Positions 44,509 to 55,431 of a stretch of 64,000 bases of DNA are shown one piece after another. The notes below the pieces were generated by a model. It worked only from the letters and a program-made list of their open reading frames with translations. It searched no databases and was not told the origin of the DNA. Position numbers and translations under genes: made by a program. Numbering within the stretch: position 1 is the stretch's first letter; each line of letters opens with the position of its first letter. The stretch lies in assembly GCA_963749495.1 (NCBI GenBank), contig CAVVMW010000021.1, positions 544,001-608,000 on the forward strand. The letters are read 5' to 3'. Source of the stretch: an uncultured bacterium (GTDB taxonomy: Bacteria; Verrucomicrobiota; Verrucomicrobiia; Limisphaerales; UBA8199).

Positions 44509-44742
44509 GAATCGTCCTTTGGAAGGCCGGCTTGAGGGCGGGCCTTTACTCGGCGGCGGCCTCTTCCCGCCCAGGCGGGCCCAGCCCCGGCCTCGAGGCC
44601 GCGCAACTGTCAGCCGCTGAGCCGGTCCTCTCAGCCGCAAACACGCGCCAGCGCCCGCGTGCTGCGCCGAAACCGCTAAAAAACCGGCAACATTTGCGGT
44701 TGACAACCTCGTCCCGCTGTGGCTGCATCGAAAGAAAATGAG

Positions 44743-46003
44743 CCGGAAATCGGGGTCATATCTATACATTTTTACAATTCGTTCTGGAGACGCATGATCT
44801 CCTGGCGCATCTCGGGGTGCCGCTCCAGCCGTTTCCCAAAGCGCAAAAGGGGTCAACCCATAACATGGTGCGTTTTTGTTCATAATCCGAGGCGGCCTCG
44901 GGCTGGCGCCGCAGGCACAGTCGGTCTCATTGCCGCGTGAAAGCGGATGTTCGCGCTTTTGGACGTGCCCAAATGGAGGCGTCCGGCGATCACTTTGATC
45001 GACAGCGTCGTCTCCCGCCGGAGGCGCGCCGCCATACCGGGCTTGGTCGCATCGCTCTTGCGACGTGAAACCAAGCCGGCCTCCTTCCAACCCAGCCAGC
45101 CCAACTCTTCGGCGATGATGCGTTGTCATTCGGGCCTTTCTCGCCCATGCAATTGAAGAGTGGTGCAACGTCGCTCCTGGGCAACTGAACGGGTGCGACC
45201 CGCCCTCACAGCCAAATCCACCCAGCCACGAAGATTGCACCAAGTCCGCACGTGCTGGACGAGAACCTGAACGTGCGGCGTCGGGGGATGGCGGGTTGCG
45301 AGCTTGCCACATCCCCTCTGGGGGATTACGTTTTCCGTGATATGTCAGTCGCCGCGAACATTGTTCTTGAGGCCCGGAAATCGGGGTCATATCTATACAT
45401 TTTTACAATTCGTTCTGGAGACGCATGATCTCCTGGCGCATCTCGGGGTGCCGCTCCAGCCGTTTCCCAAAGCGCAAAAGGGGTCAACCCATAACATGGT
45501 GCGTTTTTGTTCATAATCCGAGGCGGCCTCGGGCTGGCGCCGCAGGCACAGTCGGTCTCATTGCTGCGTGCAAGCGGATGTTCGCGCTTTTGGACGTGCC
45601 CAAATGGAGGCGTGCGGCGATCACTTTGATCGACAGCGTCGTCTCCCGCCGGAGGCGCGCCGCCATACCGGGCTTGGTCGCATCGCTCTTGCAACGTGAA
45701 ACCAAGCCGGCCTCCTTCCAACCCAGCCGGCCCAACTCTTCGGCGATGATGCGTTGTCATTCGGGCCTTTCTCGCCCATGCAATTGAAGAGTGGTGCAAC
45801 GTCGCTCCTGGGCAACTGAACGGGTGCGACCCGCCCTCACAGCCAAATCCACCCAGCCACGAAGATTGCACCAAGTCCGCACGTGCTGGACGAGAACCTG
45901 AACGTGCGGCGTCGGGGGATGGCGGGTTGCGAGCTTGCCACATCCCCTCTGGGGGATTACGTTTTCCGTGATATGTCAGTCGCCGCGAACATTGTTCTTG
46001 AGG
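44743..46003. repeat. Tandem duplication with a 631-bp unit
   Basis: ccggaaatcggggtcatatc starts at both 44743 and 45374; about 5 substitutions seen between the copies. Confidence 0.95.
44868..45125 (-). pseudogene. 3' remnant of a REP-associated tyrosine transposase-like gene (second copy at 45499-45756)
   Basis: IIAEELGWLGWKEAGLVSRRKSDATKPGMAARLRRETTLSIKVIAGRLHLGT, resembling the C-terminal HTH of such transposases. Confidence 0.6.
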
Positions 46004-46260
46004 GCTGGCTCAAACCCGATGGCACCTTGGAGCTTCGGAGCCGCCCAGCGTTGCCTCCGGGGCGTGTGCGTGTAACGCTGGAGGCCATCCAGGATCACCC
46101 GGTCCTGTCGGAGCGGTTGCCAGACCCTTCGTGGCCCGAAGAGAGCGTTCCAGCGCCGCTCGACCTCCCGCCGCCGCTCCGGGTGAAAGGTGTCCAAGCA
46201 CGCGAGGTGGCCGAGCGCCTTCCTGACCCGCTCCAGCGGAGCGACGAGGCAAGCCCATGA
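45973..46260 (+). CDS. Small protein, putative antitoxin
   Basis: IVLEGWLKPDGTLEL...LPPGRVRVTL beta-rich N-terminus; ERLPDP occurs twice; ATGA overlap with the next gene. Confidence 0.65.
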   Translation: MSVAANIVLEGWLKPDGTLELRSRPALPPGRVRVTLEAIQDHPVLSERLPDPSWPEESVPAPLDLPPPLRVKGVQAREVAERLPDPLQRSDEASP

Positions 46261-46763
46261 TCTATGAGCAATTGGCGCCGCACGAGGCGCTTTCCCAAGG
46301 GGACATCATTGACGAGTGCCCCATCCTCTTCTGGGAAGAATCCTCGCCAGACGTGGAAGGCCAGCTCCAATCTGTCACCGCGAACGTCCGGGTGGTGGTC
46401 CTGACTCAAGCGTGCGATCTGGCCCAGAAGAAAGCCACCCGGTCTCTGGTGGCGGTGGTTCATGACGCCCAGCGGCTGGTGGATAGAGGAATTCTCAAAT
46501 CCGCCTTGGTCCGCGACCAGATTAGAAGTCATCGTGTTTATGGTTGGTACTTTCTGCCCGCGGGGACCGCACTCGCGGAATCGGTCGTCGATCTGCGAGA
46601 CCTCCACACGATTCCGCGTCATTTGCTGGAGCGACTCGCTCAGGAAGGCAAGCGCGTCTGCCGAATCGCCACGCCCTACCGGGAACACTTGGCCCAGCAT
46701 TTCGCCACGACCTACTCGCGCATCGGTCTGCCGCTGCCGTACGACACGCGAGCCGATTCCTGA
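46257..46763 (+). CDS. Conserved hypothetical protein, possibly PemK/MazF-like
   Basis: LSQGDII, VVVLTQACDL, VVDLRDLHTIP, PYREHLAQHFATTYSRIGLP. Confidence 0.7.
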   Translation: MIYEQLAPHEALSQGDIIDECPILFWEESSPDVEGQLQSVTANVRVVVLTQACDLAQKKATRSLVAVVHDAQRLVDRGILKSALVRDQIRSHRVYGWYFLPAGTALAESVVDLRDLHTIPRHLLERLAQEGKRVCRIATPYREHLAQHFATTYSRIGLPLPYDTRADS

Positions 46764-46871
46764 CGCGGGGTGGCGAAGCTGCGCGCGCTCAGCCAGCCAC
46801 GGTATCCCTTGCTTCGCCACCCGCGCAGCGTCAATAACCGGCGGCGCGGCAAAAAGGCAGTTTCCTATCGG

Positions 46872-49268
46872 TTATTGGCTCCCGGGCGAGCCAATGGCCC
46901 GGGCCAGGGCGCGTTGGGCTTGCTGGGAGTTTGGCTCCAGGCGAAGAGTTTCGCGGAATTCCGAAATGGCCTGGTCGCGGTGCCCGAGCGCCAGGTAGAT
47001 GTTCGCCAGGTTCAAGTGAGCCTGCCAGTTGTTCGCGTCGGCTTGAACGGCCCTTTGAAAGCAAGCGAGCGCCTCCTCCGGGCGGTTCTGCCGTTGCCGG
47101 ATAATGCCCAGGCAATTATGAGCGCCGGCGAAATTGGGCCGGAGCTGGACGGCTTCCGTGAACCGCGCCTCGGCCTCAGCCAAGAGCCCGGCACGGAGGA
47201 GCAGGGAGCCATAGTTGTAATGCAGATCGGCGTCGTTGGGGTCCAAGCGCAACGCCTCCACGTAATGGCTCTGGGCATTGGTGAAGTTGCCGAGCTGGAG
47301 GTAGGCCCGCGCCAACTGAAGGTGCAAGGCCTCGGACAGAGGCTCCTTCCGGTCTCCGGCTCGGATGGCCGGAGCGTCGCCGCTGGTCATGCATCGCGCC
47401 GCTTCCTCCAGGTGAATGATGGCGTCCGGCGTCTTGCCTTCTTCCAGAAGACCCCGCCCCAGATGAAACTGGGCGACAGGGTTCTTCGGGTCCAATCGGG
47501 CGCCCTTCTCCAGATGTTCCATGGCTTCCCCGGCATGTCCCGACTGGAACAGCAAGAGACCGAGTTGCTGGTGTGCCCTGATGTTCTCGGAATTCCGCGC
47601 AAGCGCGAGGCGGTACTTCTCCATGGCGTGATCGGGTTCACCAGCCCGGTAAAACTCGTCTCCTGCACGGACATAGGAGTAGTCATCGACAAAGTGCTCG
47701 TTGATCCGGGTGATGGCGTCTGGCCGGAGCGGAACGAACTCCGGGATATTCGCGGCGCGGCGCGGCGCAACCAGGTGCGCCAGCCAGACCGGCGGGCTGG
47801 CCTCACCCGCCTGGCTGATGCGTGTCAGGTAAAGCTGAGTGTAATCGGAATGGGTCTTCGAGGAGAAGACGAGCCACCGGCCGTCGGACGACCAACTATG
47901 CCATGAATTCATGCGGCTCAGGTTGCAGCCCAGGCGCCGCGCTTCCCCGCCCTCGGCCGGAATGATGAACAGTTGGCTGTCAGGCTGGAGCAGCATGTAG
48001 TTGGCGGCTTGACAGAAGATGATCCAGCGGCCGTCAGGCGAGTACTTGGGAAAATAGTTGCTGCGGCCGTTGCCCGACGCGCCGCGCAAAGGCTCAGCCT
48101 TGCCTCCTTTCCCGCCATTGAAGGGCATACGATACAGATCGTAACGGTAGTCGCGGGTTTGCCTGAGAAACTCTTCCCCCTCGGCGCCCTCCAACAGCAC
48201 GCGCCCGGAACCGCGGGCCCCCTTCACCTCGACTGCCCGGCTGCGGGCGAACACGAGCCATCGCCCATCCGGGCTCCAGGCGGGGTTACTCTGCACATAG
48301 GCCGGATCGTCCGCCCCCGGCAGGGAGAAGAATCCCTTCGACTCTCGATCATACACCCCAAGAATTCCCATAAAAGGGAAAAAAAGCTGCGAGAAGGCAA
48401 GGTCCGGTTTCGCCATGAAAATGGAGAGGTCCTTGACCGTGCTCACCGCATACCGGCCATCGGGCGAGACCTGCGAGAGCAGACCCAGGGTCAGGTGCCC
48501 GTCCTCGGGGCGGAAATCGTTCCAGGTGATGATGTCACTGGTCGCCAATTGCATTTCCGGCGCAGTCCGCGTAATGACATACGAGCCTTTGTCATTGGCA
48601 TAATCCACGTCCATACCCAGGACCTTCCCGTCCCGGTTGAAGGAGTGGCAGTTGCCACACACCGGCAGATGTTCCAGAACCACCGGAGGAATGGTCCCCT
48701 TGTCCAAACCGCCAAAGCGCCAGCGGATTTGCGATGGGTCTTTGACCGCTTCCTTGAACGGGAGAATGACCTCACGGTAGAAGAGGGCATCCTGAACCGG
48801 CTCCCTGGCCACGGAGACGCGCACGGAGGAATGGACTTTGACTTTGTTCCGGCTCCCTGCTTCGTACCCGGTTATCCCGACTTCCATCACCCCGCCGGGC
48901 GCGGCCTCTTTGATCAAACGCCAATCTGACTCGGCTGGCCGCCACATCGGCGCGACGCCATCGAAGGACCATTTCTTTCGCCCCGCTTTAAAGACCGCGG
49001 CCCACCGCCCAACGCCAGGCATGTTGGTCCTCCAGAGCAGCACAGGGGCCGGCATGTTCAAAGGCATGATCGCTCCTGCAATAGGATGTTGAATCTCGAC
49101 AGCCTCGATGGGACCCGATCCAGGAAGCGATGGCCAGAAACCCAGGAGGACCCCGCAAAAGTAGAGTGCCGCGGCGCCGCCGGCCCACAAGGCAACAGCG
49201 CGCCACAGGCGGGTCCTCTTCTTTGCCCTGGCCACACGCGGGGGGACGCCGTGTGAAGATGGTTTCAT
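46872..49268 (-). CDS. TolB-like (PD40) beta-propeller + TPR protein with a single CxxCH
   Basis: N-terminal TM; VCGNCHSF; SPDGR repeats; C-terminal TPR array. Confidence 0.85.
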   Translation of the reverse strand: MKPSSHGVPPRVARAKKRTRLWRAVALWAGGAAALYFCGVLLGFWPSLPGSGPIEAVEIQHPIAGAIMPLNMPAPVLLWRTNMPGVGRWAAVFKAGRKKWSFDGVAPMWRPAESDWRLIKEAAPGGVMEVGITGYEAGSRNKVKVHSSVRVSVAREPVQDALFYREVILPFKEAVKDPSQIRWRFGGLDKGTIPPVVLEHLPVCGNCHSFNRDGKVLGMDVDYANDKGSYVITRTAPEMQLATSDIITWNDFRPEDGHLTLGLLSQVSPDGRYAVSTVKDLSIFMAKPDLAFSQLFFPFMGILGVYDRESKGFFSLPGADDPAYVQSNPAWSPDGRWLVFARSRAVEVKGARGSGRVLLEGAEGEEFLRQTRDYRYDLYRMPFNGGKGGKAEPLRGASGNGRSNYFPKYSPDGRWIIFCQAANYMLLQPDSQLFIIPAEGGEARRLGCNLSRMNSWHSWSSDGRWLVFSSKTHSDYTQLYLTRISQAGEASPPVWLAHLVAPRRAANIPEFVPLRPDAITRINEHFVDDYSYVRAGDEFYRAGEPDHAMEKYRLALARNSENIRAHQQLGLLLFQSGHAGEAMEHLEKGARLDPKNPVAQFHLGRGLLEEGKTPDAIIHLEEAARCMTSGDAPAIRAGDRKEPLSEALHLQLARAYLQLGNFTNAQSHYVEALRLDPNDADLHYNYGSLLLRAGLLAEAEARFTEAVQLRPNFAGAHNCLGIIRQRQNRPEEALACFQRAVQADANNWQAHLNLANIYLALGHRDQAISEFRETLRLEPNSQQAQRALARAIGSPGSQ

Positions 49269-49312
49269 TGCGGCCTGGGGCCTGAGAAGGTTTTTCTCAT
49301 AAGTCTGAGAGC

Positions 49313-49410
49313 ATGTGCCGTTCGATCGCCGGCAAATAACCCGGCGCTTCAGGTGAAATACGCCGGCACTCTAGCACGATCGAGCTTCCAGGCAACGTCA
49401 AAACGGTGAA
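49313..49410 (-). promoter_or_regulatory. Conserved promoter/5' leader, copy 2
   Basis: Minus strand TTGCCT-N16-TAGAGT with TGn extension, then ccggcgtatttcacctgaagcgccgg. Confidence 0.65.
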
Positions 49411-49419
49411 CGGGAACAT

Positions 49420-49920
49420 TTAGGGCAGGGCCGTTGACAAAGTTGTAGCGCAGGTTTCCAAACCTGCGCTACGCTGGCGCCGTTGGCGCCCAAGCGCTTG
49501 AAGCGACTTTGTCAATGGCCCCGAACATTTAGGGATGCACGACCGATTTCTTTGAGCAGGATCGCAACGGGCTGCCAGGACGCCGAAGGCGTCATTCATA
49601 CCAGCCCAGGGCAACGCCCTGAGAACAGCCGCCAATAATCATCTGGAGCGCTGAAAGCGCGATTCATCCTTGGTCCTGCCCTGTGCCACTTGGCTGAGAA
49701 TTGCGGCATAAGGGAACCTATTCTTGACGGTAGCCGTGGACTTCCAGTCCACGGACCCATGGACCAAACCCACCTGCGTCGCGTAGCGACGCTTGAGCAC
49801 AGGATTCGATTTGGCCGGCGCCGGGCCCTCAGGCGTCGCTACGCGACGCGCGGCCATTCCGACGCCCCAAACCGTGGACCGAGGTCCACGGCTACCTTCA
49901 CCGCGTCGCTACGCGACGCA
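49420..49920. repeat. Cluster of REP-like elements, including an inverted family A copy (49730-49920)
   Basis: gtagcgcaggtttccaaacctgcg; cataccagcccagggcaacgccctg; gtagccgtggacttccagtccacgg ... ccgtggaccgaggtccacggctac. Confidence 0.8.
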
Positions 49921-50061
49921 GGAGCTACGCTAGTGACTCGGAGGAGACGGCCGGGAGGTGGAAGATGGGGTCACGGGATGAAGGCGCCACACCTATTCAT
50001 CTCGTCCCGACGAGGCATAGCCACCTTCTGGCCCGTATTTGAAAACAAGCGGCAGGAGTTG

Positions 50062-50430
50062 TCAATAATAATGCACGGTCAAGGTCCGGGCGCCTTTGGG
50101 GACGGGGGTGAGGGTGGTCTTGCCGCCCGGCCAGCGGACCCACACGGCGGAGGGCGGCTCGGGGGTGGCCATCACTTGCACGGCGCTGTCCTGCGACCCA
50201 CACCCTCCGCCCCCATGCACCTCCCGCGCCGGCCCCCACTGGCCCTGCCGCCCCGACCGCACCACCGCTCCAATGCCGTTGCCATTGGCCCCGCTGCCCG
50301 CCAACCCCACTCGCAACCCGGGCCGGCGCCTTACGTTCCGATCCAGCTTGGTTTGCGCCCCGGTGTGGCTCACTACCAGGTCCACTCGCCCGTCCCCGTC
50401 AAAGTCCCCGGCCGCCACCCCGTTCACCAG
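50062..50430 (-). pseudogene. 3' fragment of an FG-GAP/ASPIC gene
   Basis: GDFDGDGRVDLVVS...QDSAVQVMATPEPPSAVWVRWPGGKTTLTPVPKGAR, nearly identical to the end of the 58352-62080 gene. Confidence 0.8.
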
Positions 50431-50477
50431 GCCCGCTTGGCGCAGCACCGCGCTGGCCGGCTCGTCTTTGAGCCATT

Positions 50478-50697
50478 TTGTTCTTCAAAACCCAGCAGGG
50501 CGCTCAGGTGGGTGACCTCTTCGTGAGCCTCATCCACACGTGCCGCCTCAATGGAGCGGACCCGTTCGACTACCTTACCACCCTGCACCGAAACAGCCGC
50601 CAGGTTCGGGAGCACTCGCAGCAATGGCTCCCGTGATAGGGGAGTATTACTGCTGCGGCAGGTGGACGCCAACCTCGGGCGTTGAGCCGAACACTTC
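50478..50697 (+). mobile_element. IS66-family transposase 3' remnant
   Basis: LFFKTQQGAQVGDLFVSLIHTCRLNGADPFDYLTTL...WLP; ccgaacactt resembles a decayed right end. Confidence 0.7.
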
Positions 50698-50732
50698 GCG
50701 AGTGTTGACAATGGACCAGCATCTGGTTTTCT

Positions 50733-53700
50733 GTGCGCATGAATTGCCCGGTTTGGGCTCAGGCCATTCCCGCGCTGTTGTTGGGCCTTGTTCATTGTCA
50801 AGCGGCGGCTCCGCTAGCGTGGTCTGAAGGGCCGGGATTCCGAACCGCCAAGGTGGAGCCTGTGGGCAGCGGCAAGACGGGGTTTACGTTGATGAAACCG
50901 GAACAGACCGGCGTCTGGTTCACCAATGTGCTCCAGGGCGATGCATACCTGACGAACGCAGTTGCCCACAACGGCTCCGGAGTCGCCCTGGGAGACGTGG
51001 ATGGCGACGGGTGGACCGACATTTACCTTTGCAGCTTGCAGGGCCGAAACCGGTTGTTCCGAAACCTTGGGAATTGGCACTTTCAAGAGATGGAATTGGG
51101 GGAAGCGGCTTGTGCGGGCCAATTCTCGACCGGGGCGGCCCTGGTGGACGTGGACGGTGACGGCACTCTGGACCTGCTGGTCAACGGGATTGCAGCAGGC
51201 ACGCGCCTCTTTCTGAACGACGGAAAGGGCCGGTTCACCGAAGTCAAGGACTCGGGTTTGTCGCGCACCGCATCGGCGATGTCATTGGCTTTGGCCGACA
51301 TTGATGGCGACGGTTACCTGGACCTTTACTGCACGCATTACATTGACGTGATGCACCTCGCCGATCCGACTATTCGCTTCGGCATAACGATGCGCGACGG
51401 CCGCTGGACGGTCGCCAAGGTCAATGGCGAGCCGGCCAGTTTGCCAAAGTGGAAAGATCGGTTCGAAGTGTTGCCGGGCGGCAGGGTGCGCGAACTGCCG
51501 GAGGTTCATGGCCTCTACCGCAACGACGGGCACGGTCACTTCACCGCCATTCAGTACCAAAGCGGGGTCTATATGGATGCCCAGGGCAAGCCCATTCCAC
51601 CCTATCGCGACTGGGGCCTGTCCGCCATGTTCCGCGATCTGAACGGGGATGGAGCGCCTGACCTTTACGTCTGCAACGACAATGCCTCTCCCAGCCGGGT
51701 TTGGATCAACACCGGACGCGGCACGTTCCGCGAGTTGGAACCGCTGAAGCTCCGCCACACCAGCCGGTCCTCGATGGGGATCGACATCGCCGATATCAAC
51801 CGCGACGGCCATGACGACATCTTCGTGCTCGACATGCTCGCCCGCGAGCCCGCAAGACGCATGATGCAGTTGGTGCGAGATCATTCCGACCCCCTGGAAT
51901 TCGAGCAGATCTATGCCCGGCCGCGCTACAATCGGAACACGCTGTTCCTGGGGCGCGCGGATGGGTCGTACGCCGAGGTGGGCTTGATGGCCGGCGTCGC
52001 GGCGACGGACTGGTCCTGGTGCCCCATCTTCCTGGACGTGGACCTGGATGGGTACGAGGATCTCCTGGTCAGCACGGGATTCACTTTCGACGTGATGGAC
52101 CAGGACAGCAGCGACCTGATCCGAAAGGACCGACGCATGACGCGCGAACAACTGCAACGCTCGCGCCGCCTCTATCCCGCGTGGCCGACCCGGAACGCCG
52201 CCTTCCGCAATCGCCGAGACGGCACCTTCGAACCGATGGCCGAGGCCTGGGGCTTTGATCAGGCCGGGGTCGGCAACGGCATGGCTGTGGGCGACCTGGA
52301 TAACGACGGGGACCTGGACGTGGTGATCAACAACCTCAACGGGGTCGTGAGTTTGTATCGCAATGACACCGCCGCCCCGCGAGTTGCTGTCCGGCTGAAG
52401 GGGAGGGCCCCGAACACTGAGGGGATTGGCGCGCGGGTGAAGCTGGTGAGCAACGTGCTGACCCAAAGCCAGGAGATGATCAGCGGCGGCCGCTATCTGT
52501 CTTGTGACCAGGCGATGCGGGTTTTCGCCGTTACAGAGGGACCGATGCGGCTGGAGGTGACCTGGCGCAATGGTGAGCAGAGCACCATCAGCAACGTTGA
52601 GCCCAATCACATTTATGAAGTTGACCAACTGCACGCCACAAAGGTTCCCGTCGCAGCCGCTCCGCCTTCTCCCGAACCGTTCTTCACGGACGCCACGGCC
52701 CTGCTGGGCCATACGCACCAGGACGCGGCATTTGATGACTGGGGCCGCCAACCGCTCTTGCCGCGCCGGATGAGCCGGTTGGGGCCGGGAGTGGCCTGGG
52801 CCGACGTCAACGGCGACGGCTGGGAAGACCTGATTGTTGCGTCCGGCCGTGGCGGCAAGCTGGCGGTGCTGACAAACGACCACGGAACCGCGTTCCGTGA
52901 GCTGGCCGGCGTTTCGCCCGCGCCGGCAAGCCAGGGTGCGGTGGCGACCTGGCCGGACGGGCGCGGCCGCCAATGGGTGCTGGTGGCGCGGTCAAATTAC
53001 GAATTGGGGCCGGAACAACCCAGCGAGATCACGGCTTATTCTCTGAGCAATCTCGGCGCGCCCGAACATTGGCCCGCCGGCCTGGCCAGTCTTGGGCCAA
53101 TCGCCGTGGCGGATATCGATGGCGACGGCAACCTGGACCTGTTTGTCGGGGGGCGCTTCCGGCCCGGCCACTACCCGGAACCCGTATCCTCAACCATCTG
53201 GGTCAACGAACAAGGCACGCTCAGAATGAACCCCGAGTTGAGCAAGCCCTTCCAGTCCATCGGCATGGTCAGCGGCGCAACCTTCGTTGACTTCGACGGG
53301 GACGGCCAGCCTGACCTCGCCCTGGCCATGGAGTGGGGGCCCGTGCGCCTGTTTCACAACGAGCATGGGCGGTTCCGGGAGGTGACCGCGGAATGGGGGT
53401 TGGCCGGCATAACCGGATGCTGGACGAGCATTGTGGCGGGGGATTTCGACGGCGATGGGAAGATGGACCTGGCGGTTGGCAATTGGGGGCGGAACACCTC
53501 CTACGAATTGTATCGCCCAGGCCCGTGGCGCCTTTTCTATGGCGACTGGGATGAAGACGGGGTCACCGACATCATTGAGGCCTGGCAGCGAGGGAATGAT
53601 TGGCTGCCGATGCGGGATCGGCGGGCACTGACGCCGGCTTTGCCAGATTTGCAGGCCCGCTTCCCTACCCACCAGGCCTACGGGGCCGCCACGGTGCGGG

Positions 53701-54393
53701 ATATCCTGGGCGACCGCTACCTCAAGACGTCCTTTCTCGAGGCCGTGCGCCTCGAGAACCACTGTTTTTTTGAACCGCGGCTCGCATTTCGAGGCGGTGC
53801 CCTTGCCTGCCGAAGCCCAGCATTCCCCGGTTTTCTCCATCAACGTCGGCGATTTCGATGGCGACGGGATCGAAGATCTCTTCCTGGCCCAGAATTTCTA
53901 TGGCACCGCGTCGGAACACACGCGCGACGATAGCGGCTGTGGTCTGTGGCTCCGCGGCAACGGGCGAGGAGGTTTTGCGGCCGTCGATTCGAGCATCTCC
54001 GGGGTGAAAGTGGACGGGGAACAGCGCGGCGCGGCCTTGGCCGACTTCAACCACGATGGCCGGGTGGACCTGGTGGTTTCCCAGAACAACGCGCCGACCC
54101 GGCTGTTTATCAACCGCGGCGCAAAGCGCGGCCTACGCGTCGAGCTCGAGGGACCGGCCGGCAATCCCGATGCCGTGGGCGCTCACCTGCGGGTCCTTTA
54201 CCCGGGAGGACGCGCCGGCCCCTGCCGGGCGGTTCAGGCCGGGTCGGGGTATTGGTCGCAAGATGCTGCGGCGCAAGTGCTTGGCTGCGCGGAACCGCCG
54301 GTGGCCCTTTGGATACGCTGGCCTGGCGGAAAGGAACAGACTGTCCCCATAGAAAACCACGCATGGACGCTTCGCGTGGCCTACAAGAAATGA
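50733..54393 (+). CDS. FG-GAP repeat/ASPIC-UnbV (CRTAC1-like) double-propeller protein (frameshift near 53757)
   Basis: Signal peptide; NGSGVALGDVDGDG; GDLDNDGDLD; NTEGIGARV..GGRYLS; GSGYWSQD. Confidence 0.9.
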
Positions 54394-55232
54394 ACTCCTG
54401 CACGTGTCGTTTGCCTCTCGGGTCGGCCCTGCTGAGGGCTTTCCTGCTTCTCGCAGCCCTGATCGGCCAATTGGGGTGCAACCGCAAAACCTCCGAGTCT
54501 TCCGGTACTGCCGCCTCTGGCGCGGCGCCAGCCCCGCCCAAGGTCGCCCTGATCCCTTTGACCAACATGGCCGCCATCAAGCCCGGCACGTTCATGCGCA
54601 TCAAATATCCCGTCACCATCACTCACCACTTCTGGATGGGAAAGTACGAGGTGACCCAGGGCGAATTCGCGTCGGTCATGGGGCGCAATCCCAGCTACTT
54701 CACCGGCGATTCCAAGCGGCCGGTGGAAAAGGTCAGTTTCCTCGACGCCAGCAACTATTGCGCAGCCGTCACCCAGCGTGAGCGCCGGGCGGGACGCCTG
54801 CCCGCCGGCTATGAATACCGGCTTCCCACCGAAGCCGAGTGGGAATACGCCTGCCGGGCAGGAACCACCAACACCTTCAGTTTTGGCAGCGACACGAATC
54901 TGGCCGGTCAATTCGCCTGGACCGCCGAAAACAGCGCGGAGACGACACATCCGGTGGGATTGAAGCGCCCCAACCCTTGGGGACTCTACGACATGCACGG
55001 CAACGTTTGGGAATGGTGCCTTGACTGGTATGAACCCTATCCTCCAGGCCCGCTCGAGGACCCCACCGGACCGGCGAACGGCAAATACAAGGTGTTCAAG
55101 GGTGGAGGCTGGGACAAGGCTATCGAGTTTGCTCGCCCGGCCAACCGCTTCATGATGTCCCCTTCCAACGGCATCCACTTCGTCGGGTTCCGCATGGCCC
55201 TGGGCAGGATTCAGCCACGGCCAGGCCAATAG
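54390..55232 (+). CDS. FGE/SUMF1 domain protein, probable lipoprotein
   Basis: LIGQLGC; KYEVTQ, YRLPTEAEWEYACRAG, PNPWGLYDMHGNVWEWC, VGFR. Confidence 0.9.
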   Translation: MNSCTCRLPLGSALLRAFLLLAALIGQLGCNRKTSESSGTAASGAAPAPPKVALIPLTNMAAIKPGTFMRIKYPVTITHHFWMGKYEVTQGEFASVMGRNPSYFTGDSKRPVEKVSFLDASNYCAAVTQRERRAGRLPAGYEYRLPTEAEWEYACRAGTTNTFSFGSDTNLAGQFAWTAENSAETTHPVGLKRPNPWGLYDMHGNVWEWCLDWYEPYPPGPLEDPTGPANGKYKVFKGGGWDKAIEFARPANRFMMSPSNGIHFVGFRMALGRIQPRPGQ

Positions 55233-55356
55233 CCTGAGCAACATCTCGGGACGTTGTTCAAGCCGCTGGAAACACGCCGCTGAGCGGAGAGCGCCTCCCC
55301 AGGGAGGAGCTTCCGGGATGCCCCCTCAAAAAAGAGAGAATTCCGTCAGAAAACGC

Positions 55357-55385
55357 TTGCCAAGATCGGAAGCAGCGGTTAGACT
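55357..55385 (+). promoter_or_regulatory. Sigma70-like promoter
   Basis: TTGCCA-N17-TAGACT about 46 nt before the ATG; a 12-bp tandem (taaaagaccaac)x2 directly precedes the ATG. Confidence 0.6.
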
Positions 55386-55431
55386 TGCTGCTCCCAGTAG
55401 CCACAATTAAAAGACCAACTAAAAGACCAAC

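Noticed and set aside
27347..46870. Possible integron cassette array
   Set aside because: No integrase is present, gene orientations are mixed, and the palindromes lack consistent attC RYYYAAC/GTTRRRY ends.
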